Assembly: GCF_009914755.1 (NCBI RefSeq)
Contig: NC_060931.1
Strand: one strand, 5' to 3'
DNA length: 64,000 bases
Source: the human T2T-CHM13v2.0 reference genome, Homo sapiens
Positions 12,719-27,865 of this stretch are shown piece after piece (position 1 is the first letter of the stretch; every line of letters starts with the position of its first letter). Below the pieces are notes generated by a model. It was not told where the DNA came from. It worked only from the letters and a program-made list of their open reading frames with translations, and ran no database searches. The position numbers and the translations under genes were made by a program.

Positions 12719-13029
12719 TTTTTGTTTTGTTTTGTTTTGTTTTGAGACACCGTTTCGCTCTTGCCCAGGCTGGAGTGCAGTGGGGTGATCTTGGCTCAAC
12801 ACAACCTCCGCCCCCCAGGTTCAAGTAATTCTTCCACGTCAGCCTCCCCAGTAGCTGGGATTACAGGTGCATGCCACCACATCCAGCTAATTTTTTGTAT
12901 TTTTAGTAGAGACGGGGTTTCACCATGCTGGCCAGGCTGGTCTCGAACCCCTGATCTCAGATGATCCACCAGCCAGCCTTGGCCTCCCAAAGTGCAGGGA
13001 TTACAGGCATGAGCTCTCGCACCCAGCCC
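12719..13029 (-). mobile_element. AluS (Sx/Sq-like)
   Basis: Full dimeric Alu antisense with (TTTTG)n tail, 'gcccaggctggagtgcag', 'gtatttttagtagagacggggtttcacc'. Confidence 0.93.
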
Positions 13030-14214
13030 ACATTGTTTTTAATTTGTAATTCCCTGATGATTATTGACGTTGAAAAATTTTTTAATATATCTATCAGGCT
13101 TTTGTATGTCTTCTTCTGAGAAATAGGTTCTCTAACCACTTTTTAATTCTTGCTACTGAGGTGTTTGAGTTCCTTCTATACCAGATATTAACCTCTTATC
13201 AGATGTATGGTATGCAAATATTTTCTCCCATTCCATAGGTTGTCCATTCATTCTGATGGTTGTTTTCTTTACTATGCAGAAGCTTTTTAGTTAGATGTAA
13301 TCCAATTTGTCTATTTTAGCCTTGTTATCTGGGCTTTTGGGTCATATTTAAATAATCTTTGCCAAGACCAATGCCATGGAAATTTCCCCCTATGTTTTCT
13401 TTTAGAAGCTTTACAGTTCCTGGTCTTATACTTGAGTCTTCAATTCATAATTCATTTTAAGTACATTTTTATCCATGGTATGCAAATAGGGTCTAATTTC
13501 ATTCTTCTCCATGTGGATATCAAGTTTCCCCAGTGCCATTTATTGAAGAGACTCTTTTCCTTATTGTGTGTTCTTGGTACGTTTGTCAAAATTCAGTTGA
13601 ATGCAATTGCATGGAGTAACTTCTGGACTTTCTATTCTGTTCCATTGGTTTATCTGTTTTTATGCACTGTGCTGTTTTAATTACTATAGCTTTGCAGTAT
13701 ATTTTGAGGTCAAGAAATGGGATGCCTCCAACTATTTTCCTTATGCTCAATATTCCTTTGGCTATTAAGGTCTTTTGTGGTTCCACACAAATTTTAGAAT
13801 TGTTTTCTCCATTTCTGTGAAAAAAAAAAATCACTGGAATTTGTATAGGGATTGCATTAAATCTGTAGATCATTTTGAGTAGTGTAAACATTGTCATAAT
13901 ATTAATTCTTCCAGTCCATTAACACAGGATAATATCTTTCCATTTACTTGTGACTTTTTATATTTATTTTATTAATATGTTACAGTTTTTAGTGCCATGT
14001 GTTTTACCACTTTGGTTAAATTTATCTGAATATTTTACTTTTTGTAGCTATTGTAAATGAGATTGCTTTCTTGATTTGTTTTTCAGATAGTCCATTGTTT
14101 GTGTATAGAAATACTGTAGATTTTTGCATGTATATTTGTAACCTGAAACTTTACATATAAATATATATTTATATATACACATTGACATATATATATAATA
14201 TAAATATATACATA

Positions 14215-14370
14215 CAAGTTTATAATGGCTTTATAAATAATTTCCCAAACAGAAAGCAGCCAAGATGTCCTACAAAAGGTAACTACCAACAAACTGTGTT
14301 ATATCTATCCTATCCAATATTATTTAGTGACAAAAAAAATTGAGCTAATAAGCTACAAGAAGATGTCAAA
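14215..14370 (+). mobile_element. Old L1M (L1MC/ME) fragment
   Basis: 'cccaaacagaaagcagccaagatgtcc...aaactgtgttatatc' sense L1M ORF2-end/3' UTR motif. Confidence 0.5.
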
Positions 14371-14374
14371 AATC

Positions 14375-14590
14375 TATTTTAATAATTTCAAATTTTATTT
14401 TAGATTCGGGGGCACACATGCAGGTTTGCTACATGAATATATTGTATGACACTGAGAATTGGGTTAAGATTGATCCTGTTACTCAGATACTTATCATAGT
14501 ACTATTATTATCATAGTACACAACACAGTTTTACAGCCTTTGACCCCCTTCTTCCCTGCTCCCTATTAGTCCCCAGTTTCTATTTTTTCA
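14375..14590 (-). mobile_element. Old L1PA/L1PB 3' end fragment
   Basis: 'ttttattttagattcgggggcacacatgcaggtttgctacatg' antisense L1P terminus. Confidence 0.7.
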
Positions 14591-14591
14591 T

Positions 14592-15085
14592 AGTCTGGCA
14601 TGTGGACACTCACAGATGGTCATAGCTCTGAGGTCAGGGCACATGCAGGGTTGCGAGACATGGTGGCTCCTTTTTTGAAGGGGCAGAAGAGTAGCTACTA
14701 TGTGAGGTAGAAGAGTGTATAGCTATGTCTTGTACTTGAGTTCCTCCATAGGAATGGCTATTGGTCACCTCAGTGGCAAGCAATGCTGGTATCCTCTATG
14801 AAAACAGGCTACTTGGGACTGCAATGTTTCCCAAGTATGGTTAATATTGATAACCTTCACCTTTCTTCTTTGCTCCTTGCTATCTCCTGCTCTCTGAGGT
14901 ATGCCAATCTTACCAAGAACCCTACTATGTAGATTTTATCAATATGCTTGCTCTATTGTGTTGTTTCAGATTCCTTACGGACCTTTGAGCCCTCTTTGAG
15001 ATATTCTGTTTTGTGAATTGCTGTATGTATTTGCTTGCAGGGGGATGAGGCTGGTATATTCTATTCCACTATCTTGGTGACATCA
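14592..15085 (-). mobile_element. L1M 5' UTR fragment
   Basis: Ends 'ttctattccactatcttggtgacatca', the antisense form of the L1M 5' terminus. Confidence 0.5.
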
Positions 15086-15089
15086 GAGT

Positions 15090-17170
15090 CAGACCCTTTT
15101 AAATAAATGGGCATTATACTCATCAGTTTGCTCAGAAAACATCCTGACTAAAAGGAGAATAGATTCTCATTAACCTAATTGCCATGAAAAGTAACAAAAC
15201 TTAGAGTTTCTGAATTGTGTGGGAATCAGTGAGAATCTGATATTATTTAAAATGTTTTATTTTACAAAAACAGAGCTTCTGAATTGTTAATAAAAGTGTG
15301 ATAAGGCAGACAAAATTATTTTTCATAGAACCAGAAAATAGAACACTAAATCAAAGTCAACATGGCTACAAGGAACTAACTATAATAAATTCCATTTATG
15401 AGTTAATTCATACTATGTAATTAATTCTTGTTCTGAATCATCTTGGTTCAATAGTTTGTTTTTATAAAAGCTGTCTGCTTCTAGATAAAAAGGAGCCTTG
15501 AAATTCTGACTCAGTCCACTGGCGTAATGTGAAAGTCATCTAAGTGTTGCAAGCTCAGAAACCTGTACCCACGGAGACCCACTGAAGCTTATACCTAAAC
15601 ACATACTTTTATAGTACCAAAGTTTAAATCACCTACTATAGTCCCTTCCCATGAGGATCTGACACTGTCATTTTTTTTTTTTTTTGTGAGAGACACAAAC
15701 TGTTGTGTAGCATATATACAGAACTTTCAGGCAAGTATCAGAGTTAAATTAAAACCATCTGTAGATAACAAGAATTTAATGACTATACTAATTTATTACT
15801 GTTAATTTTAAAATATGGAATGCCTGATGAGCGATCATAATAAGAATAATGCAATCAACAAGAAAATTTGTTTTCTTCTGTGGCATGCACAACAAAGATA
15901 CTAAAGCCATTCCAAAAAAAATTAGACAAAGTGTCTCTAAGAATAATGATCAAGTATATTTTCAAAGACCTCATTGAATTTTATATCTGATGTATTAAAA
16001 TTGATGAGTATAACTTTGATGGAAAAACTATATATTGAGATATGAAATATTCTGAAACATAACTTTTAAATATATCAAGAGTATCAGAGAGAGACTCAGT
16101 AAGGCTAGAGTAGGCCTAGCTACCTGTATTTTTATAAAACTTCATGGGTAAGTCTGATGCACATCCCCAGTGACCTAGAAGGTGCAAAATTCAAATGGAA
16201 GAAGTTGAGTTGTGGTTAGTAAATATTTTGTATAACTGACATTTTGATTGATAACACTGTACTATTATTTCTAATATAATTTAACAAAGCACTGCCAGGA
16301 CTCTAATAAATACAGGAAAACAACGGACTATCTTGGACTTAGTTTTGATCAGTGTGTTATCTGTGGATAAATACACATGATGGAGTGCATGGGCATTTAA
16401 ATATCTCTAGAAAGTTCTCAAAAAACATACAATTTCAAAAGTATTCATAGTAACAATATTTTACCTATATACATTTGACCTAAAGCCAAAAATATTTATT
16501 AATAATATTTTACCTATGTAAACTTAACCTAAAGCAGGCTGACTGTCTTCATATTTGGGAACTCTTCCATGGAAACCCTTAAAATGATAATATATCAAAC
16601 ACCCTAATTATTTCAACTATGTCTCTTTCTATAATATGAAAGAATAAAATACTTTATGATTTTCCTGTTTTAAGCATGAAACATATATTTAAAATTTTAT
16701 TTTACTTTTAAAAAATTTAGGATCCAATTTTGGAAGGCAAAATGAAGTTTTCAGAGTGTATTTAAACTCAATAAAGATAAAATATCAAGTGCCAGAAAAA
16801 CAATGCTTGTTATGTATTTAAGTAAATGAAAATAAAATAGTTTAAAATAAACACATAAGTTATCAGGATTGTAAAGAAATTAGCTATTTTATAAATGAAG
16901 GAGGAATATTTGTTCTCTTAAAAAAAATGAATGTAATAAAATCAACAAAGACTGCATAAAATTGCCCTGGTAAACCACAGAACCTTTGCTATCTAGGGTT
17001 ACATATGACATAAGGAAAAGCCTTTTATATTATAAGCAAACTCACTAATTACTAAACCAAAGGAAAAAAATCAAAATCAAGCAAATTTTTCTAAGATTTT
17101 AACCTATTTTATAGATTACTTTAAAACTCCTAATAAAAAGCTAAATAAAATTTACTAAATAAATCATTTA
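15090..17170 (-). mobile_element. ERV1 (MER4-group) internal-region fragments, continuation of 10735-11610; includes a MER5-like patch at about 16075-16180
   Basis: 'agattctcattaacc...gccatgaaaagtaac', 'taattaattcttgttctg', 'ggtaaaccacagaacctttg' recalled internal motifs. Confidence 0.45.
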
Positions 17171-17577
17171 AAATAGATAATGTATTTATTATTTAATAGA
17201 AGAGACCTGGCCCTGACAAGCAGCATGCTGTTTCTTCTCCCAGAATTTATTTTTTACAATAATGTGAAAATTATATGTACCTCAGAGATGAAAGATTACA
17301 TTCAAGAATTAAATATGGTCAGCTCTGAAAATTGTTGGATGAATGGGTAATTATTGCTATAATTAACAATGTGATTCAATAACATAACTATTTTGTATAG
17401 CTATAAATAGTTTTTATTTACTTATGTATTGATTTACTGAATAATAGATGGCTTTAAAAAGTCAATTCACTGAAGGAAAACAGATATAGTTTTACCTGTA
17501 AAGTTCCTATCTTCACAAAATCTGCCCAAGTTAAATCACAACTACTGAGCCATATCCTACATTCTTCAAATTGATGG

Positions 17578-17800
17578 GGCTGGGTGCAGAGGCTCATGCC
17601 TGCAATCCCAGCACTTTGGGAGTCTGAGGTGAAAGGATCACTTGAGGCCAGGAGTTGGAGACCAGCCTGGACAAGAAAGTGAGACTCAGTCTCTACAAAA
17701 AATAAGTAAAAAAGCCACTAATCATACCACTGTACTCCAGCCTGGGAAACAGAGCAACACTCTGTCTATTAAAAAAATAAACAAACAAACAAACAAAACT
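17578..17800 (+). mobile_element. AluJ with most of the right arm deleted
   Basis: Complete left arm, then a jump to 'ccactgtactccagcctggg' and an (AAAC)n tail; degenerate TSD aaattgatgg/aaattaatgg. Confidence 0.85.
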
Positions 17801-17874
17801 AAAATTAATGGCATAGGAACGACATGGAAGATTATATTACCTCATTTTCATTAGTCATTGTGTAACTTTTTTTT

Positions 17875-18080
17875 AGAATGTTCAAATTTATTCATTTATA
17901 TTGACAGATAAAATTGTACTCATTTTGTAGAGCATAATGTTCTGAAGTATATATGCATTGTGGAATAGCTAAATCTAGCTAATTAACATATGCATTACCT
18001 TACATAATTATCATTTTGTGGTGAGGACACTTAGTATCCACTGTCTTATTATTTTTCAAGAATACAGTATATCATTGGGT
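17875..18080 (-). mobile_element. L1MA 3' end fragment
   Basis: 'gtggaatagctaaatctagctaattaacatatgcattacct'. Confidence 0.75.
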
Positions 18081-18469
18081 ACCTTCTTTGTAGTACAACA
18101 TAATACTTTTCTGATTTTAAAATACCAAGAGGATGTTAGTTTGCAGTCCTTGTTTTCTTATTTCTTTCATTTTCTAAGGTGATTGAAGTAAAAGATAAAG
18201 GGATTATCTTCTAAACAGAATCAATTCACCCATTTATTTGGAAGATAGAATATAAAAATGCAATAACTGTTCAATCAGTGTAAGCCTTAAAAAAAAAACC
18301 TCAGAATTTTAAAAGACCTTGAGATTACTGGATTTATTGACTTTCAATTATACCTGGAGGATGAGCAAATAGACGATCATCAACCATTACTTTCCAATAT
18401 GTTAATAAGCACAATTATTGATTTTTGAAACATGTTTTCATCACAGTGTAGAGGTGTAGAGCACCATAC

Positions 18470-18775
18470 ATTTTTCCAGCTTTGTTAAAGTATGACTGAC
18501 AAGTCAAAATTGTAAATATTTAAGGTATACAATGTGATGTTTTGATATAAGTGTACATTGCGAAATGAATACCACAATCAAGCTAATTAACATATCCATC
18601 ACCTCACATAGTTACTTTTTAATTTTTTAGCTGAGAACATTTTAGACCTACTCTCTCGGCAAATCCCCAAGTAAAAAATACACTACTATTAGCTATAGTC
18701 ACCATGCTATACATTACATCTCCAGAATTTATTCATACTGCATAATTGAAACTTTATATGCTTTGACCAACATCA
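18470..18775 (-). mobile_element. L1MA/MB 3' end fragment
   Basis: 'accacaatcaagctaattaacatatccatcacctcacatagttac'. Confidence 0.8.
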
Positions 18776-19667
18776 TGCATTTTTGATTATATGATTCATA
18801 ACTAAAACTGGATATTTTGGAAACTATGTCTTTCTTGAAACATGACTCTGAACAAAGCCTTAAATTGAAAGCAATTGTGTCTTTGATGTTTATGAATTCA
18901 CACCTTTTTTATTCAATAATTTGTTCATCACTGTTTTTTAAATTTTGTATTTCATAAACAATAATTTTCATAGAGGGTCTGTGACTCAGGTTGTCTGAAT
19001 CACAGTGCAGCTGTGTGAGGACAGAGACATAAGCACTATTGTCAGATTATATAGGAAACATATTGAACTCTAGTGTGATTATCCAAAAATTTAGACAGAA
19101 ACCACTGAACAAGAAACACTTTGAATTTTGATTAAAATTTATATCCAGGAATGTTTATGATTTTGTGTCAGTCTATCTTTACAGTGTAAGGAAATATTAG
19201 AATTGTTTAATGAAATAAGAAATAAGAAAATGTAATTACCATAAACAAAAACATAAAGCAGACAGCACAGTGCCCGGCCAAAAGCGAGTGTTTAAGGATT
19301 GATAGAGGTATTATTGTTATCCCCTTCAATTAATGTCCTAAAAATGCCTGAGTAGTTGAATCCTATGTAGACCAAGGAAGAAGACGGGAAACGTATACCA
19401 TGGCAACAGTTCTGTGTTGAATTTGGATGCCTCTTCACACTTGAAATGCTTGGTGGAAAGTATGACTCATGACACGCTAATTTGTATGGCTCATAAAGCA
19501 GATTATACCCCCCCAAAATAAAAACTTCCTTTTAACTAATATGTGATGAAATATGTTCAAGAAATTTGAAAAAAAAAAAGCCATATTAATTAAATCTAAA
19601 GGTAGGATTTTGTAATGTATGAACCAAAAAGTAAAAACTGTGAGGCAGAGAAATGTACCTTTCATTA

Positions 19668-20293
19668 ATGTTTTAGTCAAGGTTCTTTAGAAAGACAGAA
19701 ACAATAATATACATACATGTAGGGAGAGAAAAATAAATATATGAGAAGGAAATTCTTAAGGGAACTAGTTCACTTGATTACGGAGATTAAGTCTCGTAAC
19801 ACGTCATTTACAGCTGAGAACCAGGGAAGCCAGTAGCATGACTCAGACCAAGTCCTCAAGTCCTAGGGCATGGAGGCTGCTGGTCAAAGTCCCAGAGTCC
19901 AAAAGCCAAACAATCTGGAAATCTGATATCCGAGGGCAGAAGAAATGGGTCCCAGCTTCAAAAGAAACAGAGCAATAACTCACCCTTCATTTGCCCTTTT
20001 GTTCATCCAGACTTGATTGCTTAGTGCCTGCCCAGACTGAGGGTGGATCCTACTCAGCCAGGCTTAAGTGCCAGTTTCCTCCAGAAACACCCTCATAGAC
20101 ATACTTGGGGCAACCTAATTATTTTAATCAAATGCCAAGTCACCTGGGTTTCCTTTTCAACAGAGAGGCACAGGTTCAGTGCCTACTGAGGCATGGAGAA
20201 TAATTAATGCAATTATTGAGAATAAATAATGCTTCACCAGCTACCTGCTTATCCCTTAATTCAGTCAAATTGACACCCAAAATTAACCATTAC
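19668..20293 (-). mobile_element. MLT2B-type ERVL solo LTR
   Basis: Begins 'tgttttagtcaaggttctttagaaagacagaa', ends 'cagtcaaattgacacccaaaattaaccattaca' (TG...CA). Confidence 0.85.
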
Positions 20294-22250
20294 AATGAAC
20301 AAATATTAATAATGGTTTACATGTCTAAGTATCTACCACTTAGTAACATTATGCTGTGCTAAGGTCTTCAAACATCCAAATGTAGGTAGATTTGAAAAAA
20401 ACAAAAATTAATAATTATTTAATAGAATATAAATATACTGTAGACTAATAAAATGTAAATTTTTGACTCTTTATACAATTGTATAAAGTGCTTAATAGCA
20501 ATTATGTGTTTTCATTCCTCCAAATTATAATGATTTTTATCCCCTCTTAGAGAAATATCAACATTTACCCTCAATCTTGTTGATATACTTTTCTATATTC
20601 CAAATGTTATTGCTGCAATATTATCATATATAACTTTAATGATTACTGAAGTGGATAATTAAGATAAAAAAATACAATTAATTTCCCATATGTGTGATAA
20701 TTATTTATGGCTAAATATTGTTGGTTCATTTGAAATGTTATCAATCTAGGCAGAGGGAACTAAGGATTTCCTCTAATAGGTTCTACTAATTTCCACAAAA
20801 TATTTTCACCACATTCAAAGCAATTCTGGAAGGAGGAAGCAGTCCTGTTCACTGATGATAAATAACTCAAGTAATTATCAAATGATTGTGTGGCAAGCCC
20901 AAACTATATTTTGCAAAGTATTTAGTTTCCTCTTTTATGCATATATTTATAGCTATAAATACTTTAAAGAGAGTTTATCCATATGTTTCTGATTCATTTA
21001 CATTTAACTCATCAAAATGTTGTTTTAAAGAGCATACAAAATTAAGTAGATTTTTAAGTCTACATTTATTTTTGAGAACTCGGAAGACAGAGTTTGCTAG
21101 CTATAAATTAATTCAAGAAAATATAAATATTTTAGGCTTGGCATAAGACATTTTCTCTTCTTGGAATTTCCAATAATTAGATAAATTATTTTTCCTTTTG
21201 TTCTTGAAAGCTAACCCACTGAATTCTTTCAGAAGGCTGAAATTAGACTGCGCTTCATAAGAAATCTCAAACCTGGAAGGATTTAGGCTGATCCCAAAGT
21301 AGGTATAATTAAGAAATAAAGGTATTAATTTCCATGGTGGATTTAAGAGTATACTACCTTCATTATTATTATTTTTAGTTTTAAACCTCTTCTTTATTTA
21401 CATAGAAAATAACAAGTACAATAAAAACACAGTTATGTGTTCTTAAGACTTGGCTAATTTGTAAATTTTCTTCTCCATGTTTTAATTCTTAGAAGGAGGT
21501 TAGCTCCTACTCTATTTGCTGTTACAATTTTATACAAGAATATATGGACCCCACTTAAGAACTTTATTATAAACTTTCTTTCTTATTGAAATGATAAATT
21601 TTGTGCTCTAAGTATATTGTAATTTTCTGAGGAACAAAATATGGAAATTAGATCTGAAATGCCTATGAAATTGGAATTATTAGAAAGAGAATTATCTACA
21701 AATAATTCAAATTTTTTCACTTGCCTTTCTTGGTAAATGAATATAAAATGCATTAATATTGTTAGGTTTCCTTTTGAGTTTAAATATTAAATATACAATT
21801 ATAAAGACAGTGTTCAGCAGTGTAACTATTATCATTATGGCTTTTCAAATTTTTAGTGGTATCAGTATTATTTGATTACCAATTAAAATTATTCTATAGC
21901 ACTTAAAGAAAAAAAATTCTGAAGAAGCTTATATATGGAATATATAAGGTTAAAAACATACCAGTTACTGAGTACAGGTAATAAGTATCATCAATGGCAT
22001 TGTCATCAATCATAATTATTCATTACATTTTTGATTGGCTTTAATATTTAATATGAATTTTATCATAGTTTATTCCATTGCTATCATATTTATTAGTTAT
22101 TATTACATAGAATGTTTAATAAAGAACAGCAGTCATGAAATTCATTTTCAATTGGTAGAAGAAAATACATTTGTTATCTATCTGTATTGAGTTAGAATTT
22201 AGATAATATATCATTAATGTTGTCAAATTCATTGGGATTCTGGTTTCGTC

Positions 22251-22720
22251 TGTGTTAGTTTCCTTGGCCTGGCTTAACGAATTACCACAAACACAATGTC
22301 TTAAACAACAGAAAGGTATTATCTGTCCAAAAGTCTGAAATCATGTTGTCAGCAGGGCCATGCTCCCTCCAGAGGCATTAGAGGAGAATCCTTCCCTGCC
22401 TCTTCCAGCTTCTAGTGTCTCCAAGTGCTCCTTGGCTTGGCTTTTCATGACTCGGATCTCTGCCTTGGTCTTAGCATAGCCTTCTTCCCCGTGTGTCCTC
22501 CTTTTCTGTCTGTCTAATCTCCCTCTGCTTCATTCTCATAAGAATAGCTGTCATTGGTTTTAGGGAACACCCAGGTAATCCAGTATGATTTAATTTGATA
22601 TCACTAAGTTAATTGTATCTGTAAAGACCCCCCCCACCCCCGACCCCAGTAAGGTCTTCACAGACTCTAGGAGTGAGGTCATGAACATATCTTTTCAAGG
22701 AGACACTATTCAACTCACTA
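22251..22720 (-). mobile_element. MLT1 (MLT1B/C) MaLR solo LTR
   Basis: 'aattaccacaaac...ttaaacaacagaaa', 'gcagggccatgctccctcc', 'gacactattcaactcactac'. Confidence 0.85.
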
Positions 22721-22823
22721 CCTGTCAGTAGATGAATACAATAGATTAACACTTCTCTGGCTAGCGCAGAAATCAAAGAGATGAAATGCAACACTAGCCT
22801 GGCTTTTAGGCAACCGCTGCCAC

Positions 22824-23523
22824 TGTGTAAATCAGGATCCAATTAAGACAGAGAAACCTCACTGTAACTTGAATGGGAAAAAGCTAATATACTGAATTAG
22901 TTATTATAACAGGATATATGAATAATGAAGAGATTAGTAAGAGTTAAAGACAACTCTAATGAATACTGGAATAGCAGCTGTAAAGGAGAAGGCATTACTT
23001 TTGTATTTAAGGCAGGGCAAAAGAGAACCCTGCCCTGTCAGGGCTGAGATCTGAACTTTGTTATAGAGGGCATTGCTGTGATCACTAAAGGACAGAGAAA
23101 TTGCTGTGGTACCAGGCATACTGGCAGAACTTGTTAGAGAGCTGCCTTTTAGCATGCCAGAAAAAGCCATTCATAAGTAAGTGCTATACTGGGGAGGCTC
23201 CAGTACGAAGCTACTGACTACTAGAGGGGTTTCAGACACCATGTTCTGTAGGAGCTGAGTACTGGGGAAGCCATCTGCACTACAGGAGCTGGTTGCTGGG
23301 AACTTGTATGCAAGAACTATCCAATGAAACAACCCAGAACCAGGAAGAAAAACTCGTTCCTCCTGCCATTTCTCTTAAGCATCCTCTACTGACAAAGCAT
23401 AGCAGAGCATAGCTGGTGAAAAAAAAAAAAAAAACAAGTTTAAATGGATTACCTGTGTTTTCATAGAGCAAGCAATGAAGGGTGGGTTTAGATCTGAGAG
23501 GCAAAAGATTGATAAATGACAAA
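22824..23523. mobile_element. Old ERVL LTR (LTR33/LTR41-like)
   Basis: 'cctctactgacaaagc', 'gagcaagcaatgaagggtgg...tgagaggcaaaagattgataa' recalled motifs. Confidence 0.5.
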
Positions 23524-23544
23524 TATTTGGAGAATAAAACTTGA

Positions 23545-23860
23545 ATGAAACATGGTGTCTCATCCCTGTAATTCCAACATTTTGAGAGACCAAAGTGGGA
23601 GGATCACTTGGCGCCAGGAGTTTGAGACCAGCCTGGCCAATATGGTGAAACCCTGTTTCTATAAAAAACAAATTTAAAAATTACCCAAGCATGATGATTC
23701 ACACCTGTAATCCCAGCTACCCAGGAGACTGAGGTGGCAGGATCACTTGAGCCCAGGAGTTCAAGTCTGTAGTGAGTCATGATCATGCCACTGCACTCCA
23801 GCCTGAGAGAGTGAGACCCTATCTCAAAAAAAAAAAAAAAAAAAAAAAAAAATTAAAAAC
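23545..23860 (+). mobile_element. AluJ
   Basis: Dimeric Alu with 'ggatcacttgagcccaggagttcaag' (J-type), long A tail, TSD-like 'aaacttga'. Confidence 0.9.
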
Positions 23861-24140
23861 AGGAAACTTGAGAATATAATTGGGAAAACTAAATTTATGA
23901 AAGTCAATCATGTTTTATATATAGGTGAAGAAGAATTGATGGTGTGGATGGCATTTTCACAATCAAGTCCTCTTGGTGAGTTCATGAAAAATGTATGAAA
24001 TTTTCTACATGTCTTTTTCTCACATAAGACATTCGGCTCATCATTTCTTATGAATTATTTCTCTTACATTTTCAATGTTTTATTTCAGACCTCCAACTAC
24101 CTTTCTATATTTCTGCAATATAAATAAGTTTTTAAATTTA

Positions 24141-26029
<1,889 letters not shown>

Positions 26030-26083
26030 AAAGAAACTTCAAGAAGCAAATACAGCATGAAGAAAGACCTACAGGAAAGATTC

Positions 26084-26321
26084 AACTTGCAAACTCTTGA
26101 ATTAAACTGGTTGTATAAAATGTAGTGCTGTGCAGGAATAAGCATTTAAAATTCTCACAAATAACTGGACAAAATGGTCTAATTGTTACTATGTTTTGAT
26201 TATGTGAAACCTAAAAAACTACAAACATAAGCCTAAATTTACTTATTCATATTTTTAAGTGCATACTGTAAAGTCTTAAGTTGAAAACACATATTCATTA
26301 AAATGATTATGACACAGTTTC
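26084..26321 (+). repeat. Source copy of a ~240-bp local direct duplication
   Basis: Aligns co-linearly with 27107-27349. Confidence 0.9.
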
Positions 26322-26929
26322 TGCCATAGTCTGGAGGTAAGAAAAACAGAAAATTTTATTTTTTACACATTAGCTATATATCAAAAAGCAGTAATAATAA
26401 AACAAACCCCTTGTGGCTGAAAATGACTCACTTATAAATTTTTCTTTTAAATATTACTTTGCTGAATATACCAAAAATGGTGACAGTTGACACTTTGTAT
26501 GTGAGTGGAATTTTGGGTGTAAGCATTGATTTGTTAGGAAATAATCAGTTTCACTTGGCTTTCTAAGAAGTCTTCAGTGACCTTTTGTCAGCCAGATGGA
26601 TTTGAGCACCAAGATGCTTTTCCATTTCATGGGATAATGAGCAGTTAGTTAAATGAGCTATAAAGTACATAGTAATTGTGCCAGAACAAATTTCATTCTT
26701 TAATGAATTTGATATAGCCAAAGAATTCATCATTTTCCCTCTTATTCCACTCACTTCAATGCTTCCTTTGTTAGTTCAAGAAAGAAATTTAACAATCATG
26801 ATCAAAGATAAATTATTTTTTCTAATTTTTAAAAAACTTTGTGAACATTGCTGCACTGGACCCATCTGGAGACCTAAAGAGTGGAATATTCCAAGGCACA
26901 GTCATATCCCTTTAGCTTTATGCAAATCT

Positions 26930-27445
26930 AATAGAACTATGATATCCAGTATCCTGACCACTATTCATATATGGCTATTTTAATTTAAACTAAATAAAAC
27001 ATAAAATATAAAATACAATTCCTCATTTGTACTAGATGCATTTCAAGTGCTTAGTAGATATATATTATCTGGCCATTACTATATTGAATTATGTTATATT
27101 AGACTTAACTTACAAACTCTTGAATTAAACTAGTTGTATAAAATGTAGTACTGTGCAAGAATAATCATTTAAAATTCTCACAAATAACTGGACAAAAAGG
27201 TCTCATATTACTATGTTTTGATTCTGTGAAACCTAAAAATTTACAACCATAAGCCTAAATTTACTTACTCATATTTTTAAATGCACACTGTAAAGTGTTA
27301 ATTAAGTTACAAACACATACTAATTAAAAGATGAATATGACAAAGTTTCATTATATTAACATTAATATATTACTATAATGGCTATCATAGTTAACACTGC
27401 AGATTTAAATATTTTCAATAGCATAAAAATTTCTATTGGACAAGT
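26930..27445 (-). mobile_element. MER3/MER33-type hAT MITE split by the duplicated segment 27107-27349
   Basis: 'tccagtat...ccactattcatatatggctatt', 'aattcctcatttgtactagatgcatttcaagtgct', terminal 'aatttctattggaca'. Confidence 0.7.
27107..27349 (+). repeat. Derived copy of the ~240-bp duplication
   Basis: Aligns with 26084-26321 with scattered substitutions and small indels. Confidence 0.9.
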
Positions 27446-27747
27446 ATATTAAATCATGTTTTCTTTAGTTTTTATGCTTTTCCACCTATCAGAATTATTT
27501 TTTAAAACAAAACATTGGCCAAAAAATGAACTTTGTGTTGGTATTCTGTAAGCAATATAATATGAGTATCATATTAATGTAATGTTTTCTGAACAAGATG
27601 ATAGTTTTTTTATGACACATCATTTTACCTATTTTTGAAAGCATGTATTAATGAAGAAATTGTAACAATTAAGATATAATAATTATGATGAACACAGTGT
27701 GAGAGTAAAATTTTTGTGATAATTTTTAACTTAAAAGCATTAAGTAT

Positions 27748-27865
27748 CCTGTAATCCCAGCAATTTGGGAGCCTGAAGCGGGAGAATCACTCGAGCCCTA
27801 AAGTTCCAGACCAGCCTGGGCAACATCATGAGACCCTCATTTCTATTAAAAATAAATAAATAAAT
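27748..27865 (+). mobile_element. FLAM / Alu left-monomer fragment
   Basis: 'cctgtaatcccagc...gaccagcctgggcaacatcatgagaccc' followed by (AAAT)n. Confidence 0.8.

Larger units (their letters stand above)
11625..14150 (-). mobile_element. L1MA (L1MA8/9-like) 3' UTR plus ORF2 3' part, interrupted by an Alu and an inverted templated insert
   Basis: Antisense L1MA 3' end ('gtcaagctatttaacatgtgcattacctca'); ORF 13586..13897 (-) '[12 protein letters not shown]' is an L1 ORF2 remnant. Confidence 0.85.

Noticed and set aside
20469-20488. 20-bp perfect palindrome CTTTATACAATTGTATAAAG
   Set aside because: Isolated and AT-rich; one such palindrome in 64 kb is plausible by chance.
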